Shown in pieces: positions 33,076-43,600 of a stretch of 64,000 nucleotides of DNA. The notes beneath the pieces are model-generated. The model searched no databases. It was not told where the DNA came from and saw nothing but the letters and a program-made list of their open reading frames with translations. Made by a program: the position numbers and the translations under genes. The first letter of the stretch is position 1; every line of letters begins with the position of its first letter. The stretch is from NCBI GenBank assembly GCA_048571215.1, contig CP182352.1, forward strand, positions 3,200,001-3,264,000, read 5' to 3'. This stretch comes from Halarcobacter sp. Lineage in GTDB: Bacteria > Campylobacterota > Campylobacteria > Campylobacterales > Arcobacteraceae.

Positions 33076-33304
33076 TGTAAACCCTTTGATTTATACAAGA
33101 TGGTATCTTATGATAATATTATACCATTTAGGTATCATATTAATATCACAAAAATTAGATTGCAATAGAATATATAAATTAATCAGTTTGTATATGTAAA
33201 ATATTTATAATATTGTATATTTTATAAACTGTAAAATTCCAGTTATTTAGTACACTTTTATATAAATAATAATAAAATGAAAAACATTATCTTGGAGGTG
33301 TGTA

Positions 33305-34669
33305 TTGGCAGAAAATAGAAATGCAGTGATTGAAACTTTTTGGGATATTTATTCAAATCAAGATAGACAAAAAGTTACAGAGTTTAAAAAGTATATGGAT
33401 AAGTTTGCAGTAAACTTCAATCTATATAAGGATGGGAATTTTATTGAAAGGTCTTTACCTTTTGATGTGATACCAAGAATAATGACCTCAGAAGAATTTG
33501 ATAAAATAAATAAGGGATTAAGTCAAAGAATAATCGCACTAAACCTTTTTTTAGAAGATTTATATACTGATAAAAAAATAGTAAAAGATAAGGTTGTTCC
33601 TGAAGAGTTTATTTATGAAGCAAAAGGTTATTTAAAAGAACTTCAAGGTTTTTCTCCTACAAAAAAACTTAGAACACACATAAATGGGATAGATTTAGTA
33701 AAAGATACAGTAACAGATGAATGGATAATATTAGAAGATAATTTAAGAGTTCCAAGTGGGGTTAGTTATCCTTTATCTATTAGAAATACTTTTAGAAAGA
33801 TATATCCAGAATTTTTTGAGAAGATGAAAATTAAGCCAATAAAAAATTATGCTTCAATATTAACTGAAGCTATGGATTATGTAAATTGTGATGGAATAAA
33901 TGTTGTATTAACTCCAGGGAGGTTTAATTCAGCATATTATGAACATGCATATTTAGCAGAAATCATAGGAGCAAAACTTGTTAGAAATAGTGAACTTGTT
34001 GTGGAAAATAAGATATTATATTTCAAAAACTACAATGGTAAAAAGATAAAAGTAGGTTCTATTTATAGAAGACTTGATGATGAGTTTTTAGATCCAAAAT
34101 ATTTCAATGAAGAGAGTTTAATCGGAGTTCCAGGTATCATGGAAGCATATTTAGCTGGAAATGTTTCAATTATGAATGCACCAGGTAATGGAGTAGCAGA
34201 TGATAAAGGTATATACTATTTTGTTCCAAAAATGATTAAGTATTATCTAAATGAAGAGCCTATTTTAAAAAATGCACCAACATATTTACCATATTTTGAA
34301 AAAGACAAAAACTATATTTTTGATAATATAGAAAAACTAGTTATAAAAGATGTAGCAGAAGCTGGTGGGTATGGTGTGATGTTTGGACATGCTATGTCAG
34401 AGCTTCAACTTCAAGATATAAAAACAATTATTAAGGCAAATCCAAGAAGATTCATTGCACAAGAATTGGTTGAGTTTTATGATGAAGATTGTTATATAAA
34501 TGATGAGATAGTAAAAAGAAAAGCAGACTTTAGAGCATATGTTGTTATGGCAGATGAGCCAAAAGTTTGGGCTTGTGGTTTGACGCGATATGCTTTGGAT
34601 GCTGGGAATTATTTAGTTAATTCATCACAAGGTGGCGGTTTTAAAGATACTTGGGTTATGGAGGCATAA
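33305..34669 (+). CDS. Circularly permuted type 2 ATP-grasp protein (DUF404 family)
   Basis: Motifs LPFDVIPR, LEDNLRVPSGVSY, LTPGRFNSAYYEH, IYRRLDD, NAPGNGVADDK, VNSSQGGGFKDTWV. SD GGAGG before a TTG start. Confidence 0.93.
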   Translation: MAENRNAVIETFWDIYSNQDRQKVTEFKKYMDKFAVNFNLYKDGNFIERSLPFDVIPRIMTSEEFDKINKGLSQRIIALNLFLEDLYTDKKIVKDKVVPEEFIYEAKGYLKELQGFSPTKKLRTHINGIDLVKDTVTDEWIILEDNLRVPSGVSYPLSIRNTFRKIYPEFFEKMKIKPIKNYASILTEAMDYVNCDGINVVLTPGRFNSAYYEHAYLAEIIGAKLVRNSELVVENKILYFKNYNGKKIKVGSIYRRLDDEFLDPKYFNEESLIGVPGIMEAYLAGNVSIMNAPGNGVADDKGIYYFVPKMIKYYLNEEPILKNAPTYLPYFEKDKNYIFDNIEKLVIKDVAEAGGYGVMFGHAMSELQLQDIKTIIKANPRRFIAQELVEFYDEDCYINDEIVKRKADFRAYVVMADEPKVWACGLTRYALDAGNYLVNSSQGGGFKDTWVMEA

Positions 34670-34670
34670 G

Positions 34671-35336
34671 ATGGAGCAATTATTAACAGCAAATGTAGCA
34701 AGTAACCTTTATTGGTTGGGAAGATATTTAGAAAGAATGGAATCAACTCTTATGGAGATAATTCCAGCTTTTGATAATATAATTGATGTAGATAAAGCCT
34801 CAGGAAAAAAACTATATAAAAGATTTGAGATTGATATCAAATACAAAAATGCAAATAGTTTTTTAGATGCTGCTGTTTTTGGAGAACATGATGCAAATAT
34901 TTATACTCTTATTAGTTATGTTAGAGAAAATGCGATTATTTCAAGATCATATATAGATGCAAATGCCTTTGGTTCTATTATAGAATTATCTGATACTTTA
35001 AAACAAGCAAATAATGATAACTTTGTTATTGATTGCTCCTTTGTTGAAAAAATCTCTTCAAGAGTTAGTGAAGTCTGGGGAGAATTAACAAGAAAACAAA
35101 AAAGAAATACAAGCGATTATTTTATTAGACTTGGAAAACTTGTTGAAAAAGTTGATTTTCATCTAAGATTAAAAAGAGACAAAACTTTTTCATTGGTGAT
35201 TATGGATGAGATAGATAGTATTGTATTAAGATTAAATCCTGAAGCAGAATTTGTAGCTCATGATGAGAGAGAATCTTATGATACAATTCTAAACTCTATA
35301 AATGGGAAAATAAATAAAATTATAGTTGAAGACTAA
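34671..35336 (+). CDS. Alpha-E domain protein (DUF403 family)
   Basis: ASNLYWLGRYLERME, RENA motif, position directly after the CP-ATP-grasp gene. ATG at 34671 preferred over the track start. Confidence 0.88.
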   Translation: MEQLLTANVASNLYWLGRYLERMESTLMEIIPAFDNIIDVDKASGKKLYKRFEIDIKYKNANSFLDAAVFGEHDANIYTLISYVRENAIISRSYIDANAFGSIIELSDTLKQANNDNFVIDCSFVEKISSRVSEVWGELTRKQKRNTSDYFIRLGKLVEKVDFHLRLKRDKTFSLVIMDEIDSIVLRLNPEAEFVAHDERESYDTILNSINGKINKIIVED

Positions 35337-36289
35337 TGAAAACAACTGAAATCTTCACTTCACAACTTCCAGTTGGGGAAAAACTATCTATAAAAAGAAC
35401 AAGGTTTCAAGCAAAAGGGAAAAAAAGTAAGAAGCTCAAAAGAATCTCTATAGTAAGTGGAATTCATGGGGATGAATTAGAGGGACAGTTGGTTATATAT
35501 TTACTTGCTAAATGGTTAAATGAAAATATAGATAAACTAAATGCAATAGTTGATATTTATCCTGCTGTAAACCCTCTAGGAATAGATACCATAACAAGAA
35601 GTTTCCCAAATTATGATGTGGATTTAAATAGGGCTTTCCCTGGAAGTGACAATGAGTTTCTCCCGGGACAAGTTGTTCATGCTCTAGCACAAGATATAAA
35701 AGGTAGTGACATAGCTATTGATATCCATTCTAGTAATATATTTTTAAGAGAAATTCCTCAAATAAGAATAAACAAAGAGTTTTCTAAAAAAACTCTGCCC
35801 TTAGCACGAGAGTTAAATTGTGATTTTATTTGGATACACGATGCAGTGACAGTTTTAGAAGCAACCTTTTCTCATACCTTAAACTCATTAGGAACTAAAA
35901 CTTTAGTTGTTGAGATGGGTGTTGGGATGAGACTTACAAAAGAGTATGGGCAACAGCTTTTAATTGGTATTTTAAATCTTATGAAAAAGCAAGGTATGAT
36001 AACTTGTGAGGAAACTTTTAAAGTAAAAACACCATTTAGTTCTTTAAAAGGGGATGTGTCTTATATAAATGCACCTAAAAGTGGCTTATTTGTACCCTCT
36101 CTTGACCATTGTGATATTATAAAAAAAGGTGATAAAATAGGTGAAATAGTAAATCCTTTAACAGGGGAAGTTTTAAGTGAATTATTAGCACCAAATGGTG
36201 GGATTTTATTTACACTAAGAGAATATCCTGTAGTATATGAGGGTTCCTTACTTGCAAGAATTTTTGGAGATAAAAGTGAAGAGAATTGA
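35336..36289 (+). CDS. M14 family metallopeptidase (succinylglutamate desuccinylase/aspartoacylase-like) with C-terminal barrel-sandwich hybrid region
   Basis: GIHGDELEG, DLNRAFPG, DIHSS, VVEMG, C-terminal APKSGLF...PVVYEG. Confidence 0.9.
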   Translation: MKTTEIFTSQLPVGEKLSIKRTRFQAKGKKSKKLKRISIVSGIHGDELEGQLVIYLLAKWLNENIDKLNAIVDIYPAVNPLGIDTITRSFPNYDVDLNRAFPGSDNEFLPGQVVHALAQDIKGSDIAIDIHSSNIFLREIPQIRINKEFSKKTLPLARELNCDFIWIHDAVTVLEATFSHTLNSLGTKTLVVEMGVGMRLTKEYGQQLLIGILNLMKKQGMITCEETFKVKTPFSSLKGDVSYINAPKSGLFVPSLDHCDIIKKGDKIGEIVNPLTGEVLSELLAPNGGILFTLREYPVVYEGSLLARIFGDKSEEN

Positions 36290-37208
36290 GGTTTTAAGAA
36301 TAGAATCTTTAAGTAGAGAACCTTTAGTTGTAGAAGGGTATTTATTTAAAGGTACAGTTAAAAATGCTCCTAAAGTTGCAATAGTAGGTGCAATGGAAGG
36401 GGAAGGAATTCTTGCTTTATATTGTGCTGCTAGACTTGTGGATTTTTTTAGAAATAGAATCGATAAAAAAAAGATAAAAGGTGATATCTTAATAATCCCT
36501 TCAATAAACCATTATGCTTTTAATACAGGAAAAAGGTTTTGGCCTTTAGACAATACAAATATCAATATGATGTTCCCAGGCTACGAGCTTGGAGAGACAA
36601 CACAAAAGATTGCAAAAAGAGTTTTTGATGTATTGCAAGGGTATGATTATGGGATTATTTTAGAAAAAAGACATGATCCTGTTAACTGTATCCCATATAT
36701 TAAACTTTTTCAAAGTAAGTTTGAGGATTTGAAGGCTGCAAAAAGATTTGGTTTTAAATTTATTCACCATAGAAAAATGAAATCTATAGATAGTGTGACT
36801 TTACAATATAATTGGCAATTATGGGGAACAAAAGCTTATTCTGTGATGTGCCCAACAACAAAACAAGTTGATAAAAAGATATCAAGTCAAATAAATCAAG
36901 CAATTCTTAGATTTATGAATAAATCTAAAATTATAGATTTTTCAATATTTAATGGATATGAATCTACAGTTGTAAAAACCGATGAGATAGATGTTATAAA
37001 AAGTCCCAAAAGCGGCATTTTTATTTCAAAAGAGAGTCCTGGAAATTATGTAAATAAAAACCAAGTAATAGGGGAGATTATAGATTCTTTAGAGGGGAAT
37101 ATATCCCATGAGTTCTTATCTCCATGTGATGGGATGATTACTTGTTTTTATAATGATTCTTTGATATACGAAAATGCAGTAGCTTTTAGGATTGCAAAGA
37201 TTGGCTAA
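36276..37208 (+). CDS. M14/AstE-AspA family paralogue, probably catalytically degenerate
   Basis: Collinear with the upstream paralogue, but HGDE is replaced by MEGE and NRAFPG by NMMFPG. Likely GTG start at 36276 after GGAGA. Confidence 0.8.
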   Translation: MKRIEVLRIESLSREPLVVEGYLFKGTVKNAPKVAIVGAMEGEGILALYCAARLVDFFRNRIDKKKIKGDILIIPSINHYAFNTGKRFWPLDNTNINMMFPGYELGETTQKIAKRVFDVLQGYDYGIILEKRHDPVNCIPYIKLFQSKFEDLKAAKRFGFKFIHHRKMKSIDSVTLQYNWQLWGTKAYSVMCPTTKQVDKKISSQINQAILRFMNKSKIIDFSIFNGYESTVVKTDEIDVIKSPKSGIFISKESPGNYVNKNQVIGEIIDSLEGNISHEFLSPCDGMITCFYNDSLIYENAVAFRIAKIG

Positions 37209-38134
37209 ATAGTTTGGCTTTGTGTTTGAGCTTGTGCATATTGAACATTTTCAATACTTTGTACATTTACTCTTACACTAAGTTTACTTTTCCCACTACT
37301 TTGTACTACACCTTTAAGGGGAGATATATCAGAATAATCCCTTCCATATCCTAACAATATATACTCTTCATTTGGCATTTTGTTATTTGTTGGATCAAAA
37401 TCAACCCAACCAAAACCAGGGATATATATAGAAAACCAGGCATGTGAAGCATCCGAACCAAATAGTTTTTTTTGTCCTTCTTTAGGGTAGGTTTGGATAT
37501 ATCCACTTACATATCGTGTTGGGACTCCTATACTTCTTAAAGCAGATATTGCAAATTGGGCAAAATCTTGACACACCCCTTTTTTTTGTTCAAAAACAAG
37601 CTCAATAGGGGTTGTTATATCTGTAAATCCTGATACAAATTTAAAATCATTAAAGATTCTTTGCATAAACTCATAAGTAGCTTCAAAAATAGGTCTATTT
37701 TCACTAAATGATTGAAGTACATACTCTTTTATATTTTTTGATGCCATTGGAATCGAATCGGTTTCAAATAAATAATGACAAGCTAGTACATCTGATGGAT
37801 CTTTTCTAAGTCTTTGTTTAGCTTCTTGATAAGTTATTGTTAAAGCTTTCGCCTTGTTTATCTCTTCGTAGATATAATTTTCTAAAAGTTCAACCTTTGA
37901 TTTTGAAGTAACAATTAAATCTTTATGGGCTTCACGTATTAGCATAAAGGTATTTTCATTTCCAAAATAGTCTGTAAACTCACTTGTCTCAAATGGAGTT
38001 GGAGATATCTCTAAGGTATGCTCTAAAAGTTTTTGTTTAGAACAGTTCTTTGGGGTTAACCTTGCTATATCGTGACTGAAAGTTACAAGTGATGGGTAGT
38101 TGAATTTTGTTTCGTGAAATATTTCGTATATCAT
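37205..38134 (-). CDS. Transglutaminase-like protein with bacterial transglutaminase N-terminal domain
   Basis: GVCQDFA (Cys), SHAW (His), WVDFDPTN (Asp), GRDYSDISPLKG. Confidence 0.93.
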   Translation of the reverse strand: MIYEIFHETKFNYPSLVTFSHDIARLTPKNCSKQKLLEHTLEISPTPFETSEFTDYFGNENTFMLIREAHKDLIVTSKSKVELLENYIYEEINKAKALTITYQEAKQRLRKDPSDVLACHYLFETDSIPMASKNIKEYVLQSFSENRPIFEATYEFMQRIFNDFKFVSGFTDITTPIELVFEQKKGVCQDFAQFAISALRSIGVPTRYVSGYIQTYPKEGQKKLFGSDASHAWFSIYIPGFGWVDFDPTNNKMPNEEYILLGYGRDYSDISPLKGVVQSSGKSKLSVRVNVQSIENVQYAQAQTQSQTI

Positions 38135-40629
38135 TATTGCTCATTATAGTGTGAAAAATATGTTTTTGTTAGCTCTTCTGATGTTTGTGTCAGAAAATCT
38201 GAAATTTGTGCTAAAAAAGTGTCCAATTCTAGATATATAAAATCCTCTTCTTTGGTTTCTAATAGTTTTTTTGCATTGCTTAATCTTAACATAGAATATA
38301 CTTTAAATACAGGTTCTTCAAAGCTATCAAGATAAAGACTTGTAGAGTTGTCTGGAAGCTCTTTTAGACTTTTTAAAAGTTCCTCAATAGTGTATATTAG
38401 TGATTTTGGATATTTATTATTAAGTAGCAAAAACTCTACTACACTTTCAAGTTCGAGTGTAGTTTTATAGTACCCTCTATAGGCATTATAACTCTCATAT
38501 GAGTTTAACATAGAATCAAGTATATCATACTCTAATGTTTTATCATATTTAGTTGTAAGCAAAGAACGAATTTTTGATATCAAAAGTTGTGAAATTTCGA
38601 TTTTACAACCAATATCATATAAAATCAAACCTTGGTCATTTGAGATACTCTCATCAATTAGCTCTTTATATGCTATTAGGTGTATCAAAAGGCTATCAAG
38701 TTCATTTATATGTTCTCTATTTGATAGTATAGATCTTTTATTGTATGCAAACCATTTTTTTCTCATCTTATCATAAACTCTCCAAGCATCCATGGTCAGA
38801 AGATTTTTGATATTTGCATTTATATTACTTAGCATTGAAAGGGTAAAAGATAAACTTCCTACTCTATTTTCATCTTGAATTATAGAAGTAATCTCTTGTA
38901 TTGGTTTTATCTCTTCCTCCTCTTCTAAAAAGCCAGGATAGGTCATAGTAAGGTGAGTTAGACATACATTTAAAATCTGATTGCTAGTATTTGAGGTGTT
39001 TCTCTCCTCATATCTATTTAGGTGTAATAAGCTTTTTAGATTAAATCTTAACATCCTTGTAGTGATAATTGCTCTATTTAGATATCTTCCAAGCCAAAAT
39101 AGGTTTTCAGCCCGTTTAGTAGATATATTTTCTAGTTTTGTATCTAAAAGACCTCTTTGTTTTATAATCCTACTTATTTTTTCCTCTTCATCTTTTCCAA
39201 GTATCCATAAATCTTTACTTGTTCCTCCTCTTTGGTTGGAAACCACTAAAGAGTCTTTTTTATTTGATACTCTTACTAATCCACTTGGCATAACTTCATA
39301 TTCATCATCTTTCAAATATGAAAAGGCTCTAATCACTGCATTTCTAGGTTCAATATGGTTATTTGTATATGAAGGAGTTGTAGAAAAATCAATAATCTCT
39401 TGACCCACATAATAAATAGGAGAAGTTAGAATTTTCTCTTTTAAAGAGATTTGCTCCTCTTCACTTAATTTATTTCCAAAATAAACCTCTATGGTTTCAG
39501 TTCTGTCAATTTTTTTAATAATAAGATTATGAATATTTGCTAATACAAAATCTAATTCTTTTTTTTGACCACACCACCATGTTGCTATTTGTGGAAGAAT
39601 TAAATCTTCATTTAGAAAAAATTTAGCAATATTTTTCATAAAAGGGTTTAATCCTACATTTTCAAGTACCCCTATACCTATCGGATTTATCATAGAGAGA
39701 TTATCATTTCTAAGGGTATTTATTAATCCTGCAACTCCAAGGTGAGAACCACTTTCTAATTCTAATGGGTCACAAAATTTTGAATCAACTCTTCTTATCA
39801 TAGAATCAACTTTTTTTAATCCACTTAGGGTTTTTAGCCAAAGTTGATTGTTTTTTGTAAGTAAGTCTTCCCCTTGAACCAAAGTTAGATTTAAAAAAGA
39901 GCTAAGATATGAGTGCTCAAAATAGGTTTCGTTGTGAGGACCAGGAGTTAAAAGTACTATTAGAGGTTCTTCATTTTTCCTATTTGCACTTTTTATTAGC
40001 ATATCCTTATACCCTTCAATAAAGCCTGCAATTTTTTTTATATCTACACCTTGGTATAAATCAGACAAAATCGAGTTCATTGTGAGTCTATTCTCTATGG
40101 CATAACCAAGACCTGAAGGTGATTGAGTTCTATCATTTATAACCCAAAACTTCCCATCTGGACCCCTACTTATATCAGAGGCATAAAATTTCATTTTGTA
40201 GTAGTCTTGATTTTTGAAGTTAAAAACCTCAGGAAGAAAACTTTTATGGGCAAAGATAATCTCAGCTGGAACAATTTTCTCTTTTATCAATCTTTGTTCT
40301 GTATATAAGTCCTTAAAGGTTAAGCTTAAAAGTTTTGCTCTTTGTTTTAAGCCAGCACTTACTTCATCCCACTCTTTGGAACTTAATATAAAAGGTATAG
40401 GGTCTAAGTTCCATCTTCTATTTGTACCCTCTGGGTCATTATATACATTGTATGTAACCCCATTATCTTCAAGTCTCCAGTCTATCTCAGTTTGTTTTTG
40501 TTCAAGCATTTCAAGACCTGAATTTTCTAAAGATGCTTTAATATTTTGCCAATGTTCCCTTACATTGCAGTTTTTATCAAACATCTCATCAAAAGCTGAG
40601 TCTAATTTACAACTATCAAAAATATCCAT
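38134..40629 (-). CDS. Circularly permuted ATP-grasp plus alpha-E fusion protein
   Basis: LDPIPF, DRTQSPSGLGYAIENR, LTPGPHNETYFEH, RRVD, GGTSKDLW, then RAENLFWLGRY at the alpha-E start. Confidence 0.92.
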   Translation of the reverse strand: MDIFDSCKLDSAFDEMFDKNCNVREHWQNIKASLENSGLEMLEQKQTEIDWRLEDNGVTYNVYNDPEGTNRRWNLDPIPFILSSKEWDEVSAGLKQRAKLLSLTFKDLYTEQRLIKEKIVPAEIIFAHKSFLPEVFNFKNQDYYKMKFYASDISRGPDGKFWVINDRTQSPSGLGYAIENRLTMNSILSDLYQGVDIKKIAGFIEGYKDMLIKSANRKNEEPLIVLLTPGPHNETYFEHSYLSSFLNLTLVQGEDLLTKNNQLWLKTLSGLKKVDSMIRRVDSKFCDPLELESGSHLGVAGLINTLRNDNLSMINPIGIGVLENVGLNPFMKNIAKFFLNEDLILPQIATWWCGQKKELDFVLANIHNLIIKKIDRTETIEVYFGNKLSEEEQISLKEKILTSPIYYVGQEIIDFSTTPSYTNNHIEPRNAVIRAFSYLKDDEYEVMPSGLVRVSNKKDSLVVSNQRGGTSKDLWILGKDEEEKISRIIKQRGLLDTKLENISTKRAENLFWLGRYLNRAIITTRMLRFNLKSLLHLNRYEERNTSNTSNQILNVCLTHLTMTYPGFLEEEEEIKPIQEITSIIQDENRVGSLSFTLSMLSNINANIKNLLTMDAWRVYDKMRKKWFAYNKRSILSNREHINELDSLLIHLIAYKELIDESISNDQGLILYDIGCKIEISQLLISKIRSLLTTKYDKTLEYDILDSMLNSYESYNAYRGYYKTTLELESVVEFLLLNNKYPKSLIYTIEELLKSLKELPDNSTSLYLDSFEEPVFKVYSMLRLSNAKKLLETKEEDFIYLELDTFLAQISDFLTQTSEELTKTYFSHYNEQ

Positions 40630-43600
40630 TTAGTTTTTCATCCATCTTTGTCTTAAGTCTAAAGTATGAGGATACTCTTTATTTTTTGGCATCTCATGGA
40701 AATATAGTTTTTCAAGACCTTTTTTCTCCACAACAGCTCTTTTTGCTCCATTTGCAAATATTGTGTTTTTGCCTGATGTTACAATTGGGTCAAAAGTTTC
40801 AATTTCCCCTTGAGAATGGTTAAAGTCCCAATATCTATTGATTCTTCTTGATTCTGCTTCATATGAATTTACTGGAAATGAATCATAACTTCTACCACCT
40901 GGATGGGAAACAAAGTAGTTAAACCCTCCAATTGATCTATCATTCCATTTATCAATAATATCGAAAGTTAGAGGTGTATCAACCCCAATAGTGGGGTGCA
41001 ATGATGACCAAGGTTGCCAAGCTTTATATCTAACACCACTTACATATACCCCTTCAATTGGTGTTTTGCTAAGGGGAATTTGAACTCCATTACAAGCTAG
41101 GGTATATCTATCTTCATTGAAGTTTTCAATTTTTATTTGAAGCCTTTCAACAGAAGAATCAACATATCTCGCAGTTCCTTGTGAACTAGATTCTTCCCCT
41201 AATACATTCCAAGGTTCAATTGCAGCTCTAATCTCAACATTCATTTTATCAATGGTTGTCATACCATATAATGGAAATCTAAATTCAAAAAATGGATCAA
41301 ACCAATCAAGTTTAAACTCATAGCCATTTTCATTTAAAAAATCTACAACCTCTTTTATATCTTGTTTTACATAGTGCTCTAGTAAAAACTCATCATGAAG
41401 TCTTGTTCCCCAACGCACTAGTTTATGCTTATATGGATTTTTCCAAAAAGATGAAACCAAGGCTCTTACAAGTAACATTTGTAAAAGTGCCATTTGTGAG
41501 TGTGGTGGCATATCAAAAGCACGCAACTCTAAAATACCAAGTCTTCCCGAGCTACTGTCAGGAGAGTATAATTTATCTATACAAAACTCACTTCTATGGG
41601 TATTTCCTGTTATATCTGTTAACATATGTCTAAAAAGTCTATCAGTTAACCAAAATGGAACATCACCAGAATCAGGTATTTGTGAAAAGGCTATTTCTAA
41701 TTCATATAGATTTTCCATTCTGCCTTCATCTACTCTTGGAGCTTGTGAAGTTGGTCCTATAAATGCCCCACTAAACAAATATGACAATCCTGGGTGGTGT
41801 TGCCAAAAGGTGATAAGGCTTCTAAGAAGATTTGGATTTCTTAAAAGTGGTGAATCACTAGGTTTTGCTGCACCTATTGTAACATGGTTACCACCACCTG
41901 TTCCTGTATGCCTTCCATCTATCATAAATTTCTCTGTTCCAAGTCTACATAATCTAGCATCCTCATATAGTTGGAGTAAGTTATCACTTAAATCTTTCCA
42001 AGTGCTTGTAGGTTGAATATTTACCTCTATTACACCTGGATCTGGAGTAACTTTTATTCTGTCTGTTCTAAGATCTTCAGGTGGCTCATACCCTTCAATA
42101 ATAACAGCCAAATTAAGCATTTTTGCTGTTTCTTCTATCGAGGCAATAAGATCTAAAAATGGCTCAGTTTGCTCTACTGGTGGTAAAAATATGCAAATCT
42201 TTTCATCTCTTAGTTCTATAGAAATAGCAGTTCTAACAAAAGCACTATAAGTGTTTTGTTCTGTTGTTTTATCATCAATATCTTTTGCTCTTTGCTCAAC
42301 TTGTGATATATAATCTCCAAGTTCTGGATAAGATGCAAATAAATCTGGCTCAAAGTTTTTTTCTATCTCAATATGTGGTTTTACAATAAGTGATTCTAAT
42401 GGAAGTCTAAGTCCAAGTGGTGAGTTACCAGCACTTAGAAAAAGATAACCTCTTCTAAACTCCCATTTGGAAGTAATCCATTTCGTTCTTCCAAACCCTA
42501 AAGGTAAAACATAGCCAACCTCTTCGTTTAGTCCTTGTGATAATTTTTGGGCTATTGTTCTTCTTTCAAGTGGGTCTTTTAGATTATATTCCATAGGATC
42601 AATATCAAGTGGAAGTCCAGCTTCTTTCATAATATAATAAACAGGATCTTCAAAAGCAGGGATAATATTTTTATCACTTACTCCTAAAACTAAAGCTAAA
42701 GTTGATAAGAATTTTTTAGCATCTGCTGTTGTGTATGGATAGCTCTTGTTTTTGTCAGCTAAAAGATTTGGGTCTTTCCATACAGGTTTTCCATCTTTTC
42801 TCCAAAATACAGTTGTTTGCCATCGTGGAATAGGTTCCCCTGGATACCATTTTCCTTGGGCATGATGTAGAAAACCTCCTGTTGTAGTTGAGTCTAGAAT
42901 TTTTCTTGCTAGATTGTTTGCAAGTTCTCTTTTGTGTTCCCCATCAGCTTTTGTATTCCATTGGTCTGATTCCATATCATCAATAGATACAAAAGTAGGC
43001 TCTCCACCCATAGTAAGTCTAACATCATTTGCAATTAGGTCTTCATCTACTTTAAAACCTAATTTATATATCTCATCCCATTGTTCTTGTCTATATGGTT
43101 TTGTAACTCTTGGTGATTCGAAAATTCTTGTTACTTTGTTTTCAAAACTAAATTCAGTTTCACATTTATCTGCTAAACCTTCTATAGCATGGGCGCTAGA
43201 ATAGTTTGGCGTACATGCAAGAGGTATATGACCTTCTCCTGCAAATAAACCACTGGTACTATCAAGTCCAATCCATCCTGCACCTGGAACATAAACCTCT
43301 GTCCATGCATGAAGGTCTGTAAAATCCTCTTCTGGTCCACTTGGTCCATCAAGAGATTTAACATCTGCTGTTAATTGAACTAAATACCCAGATACAAAAC
43401 GAGCAGCAAGTCCAAGATGTCTTAATACTTGAACAAAAAGCCAAGCAAAATCTCTACAACTACCAAGTTTCTTATCTAAAGTCTCTTTTGGAGTTTGAAC
43501 TCCTGCTTCCATTCTTACTGTGTAGTTTAAAGTATTGTGGATTTTTTGATTTATCTCAACTAAAAAGTCGTTTATATTTTTTTCAGATTTATCAATAGTT

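Noticed and set aside
2..33199. Many + strand ORFs rich in Ile/Val/Ser/Phe, and a few short minus ORFs in other frames
   Set aside because: They are shadows of the giant minus-strand gene. The long ones share one frame, repeat with its DNA repeats and have no recognisable motifs.
33076..33304. Functional coupling of the transglutaminase/ligase cluster to the divergent giant protein (LapG/LapA-like)
   Set aside because: The enzymes lack signal peptides and belong to a widespread cytoplasmic system. Adjacency is the only evidence.
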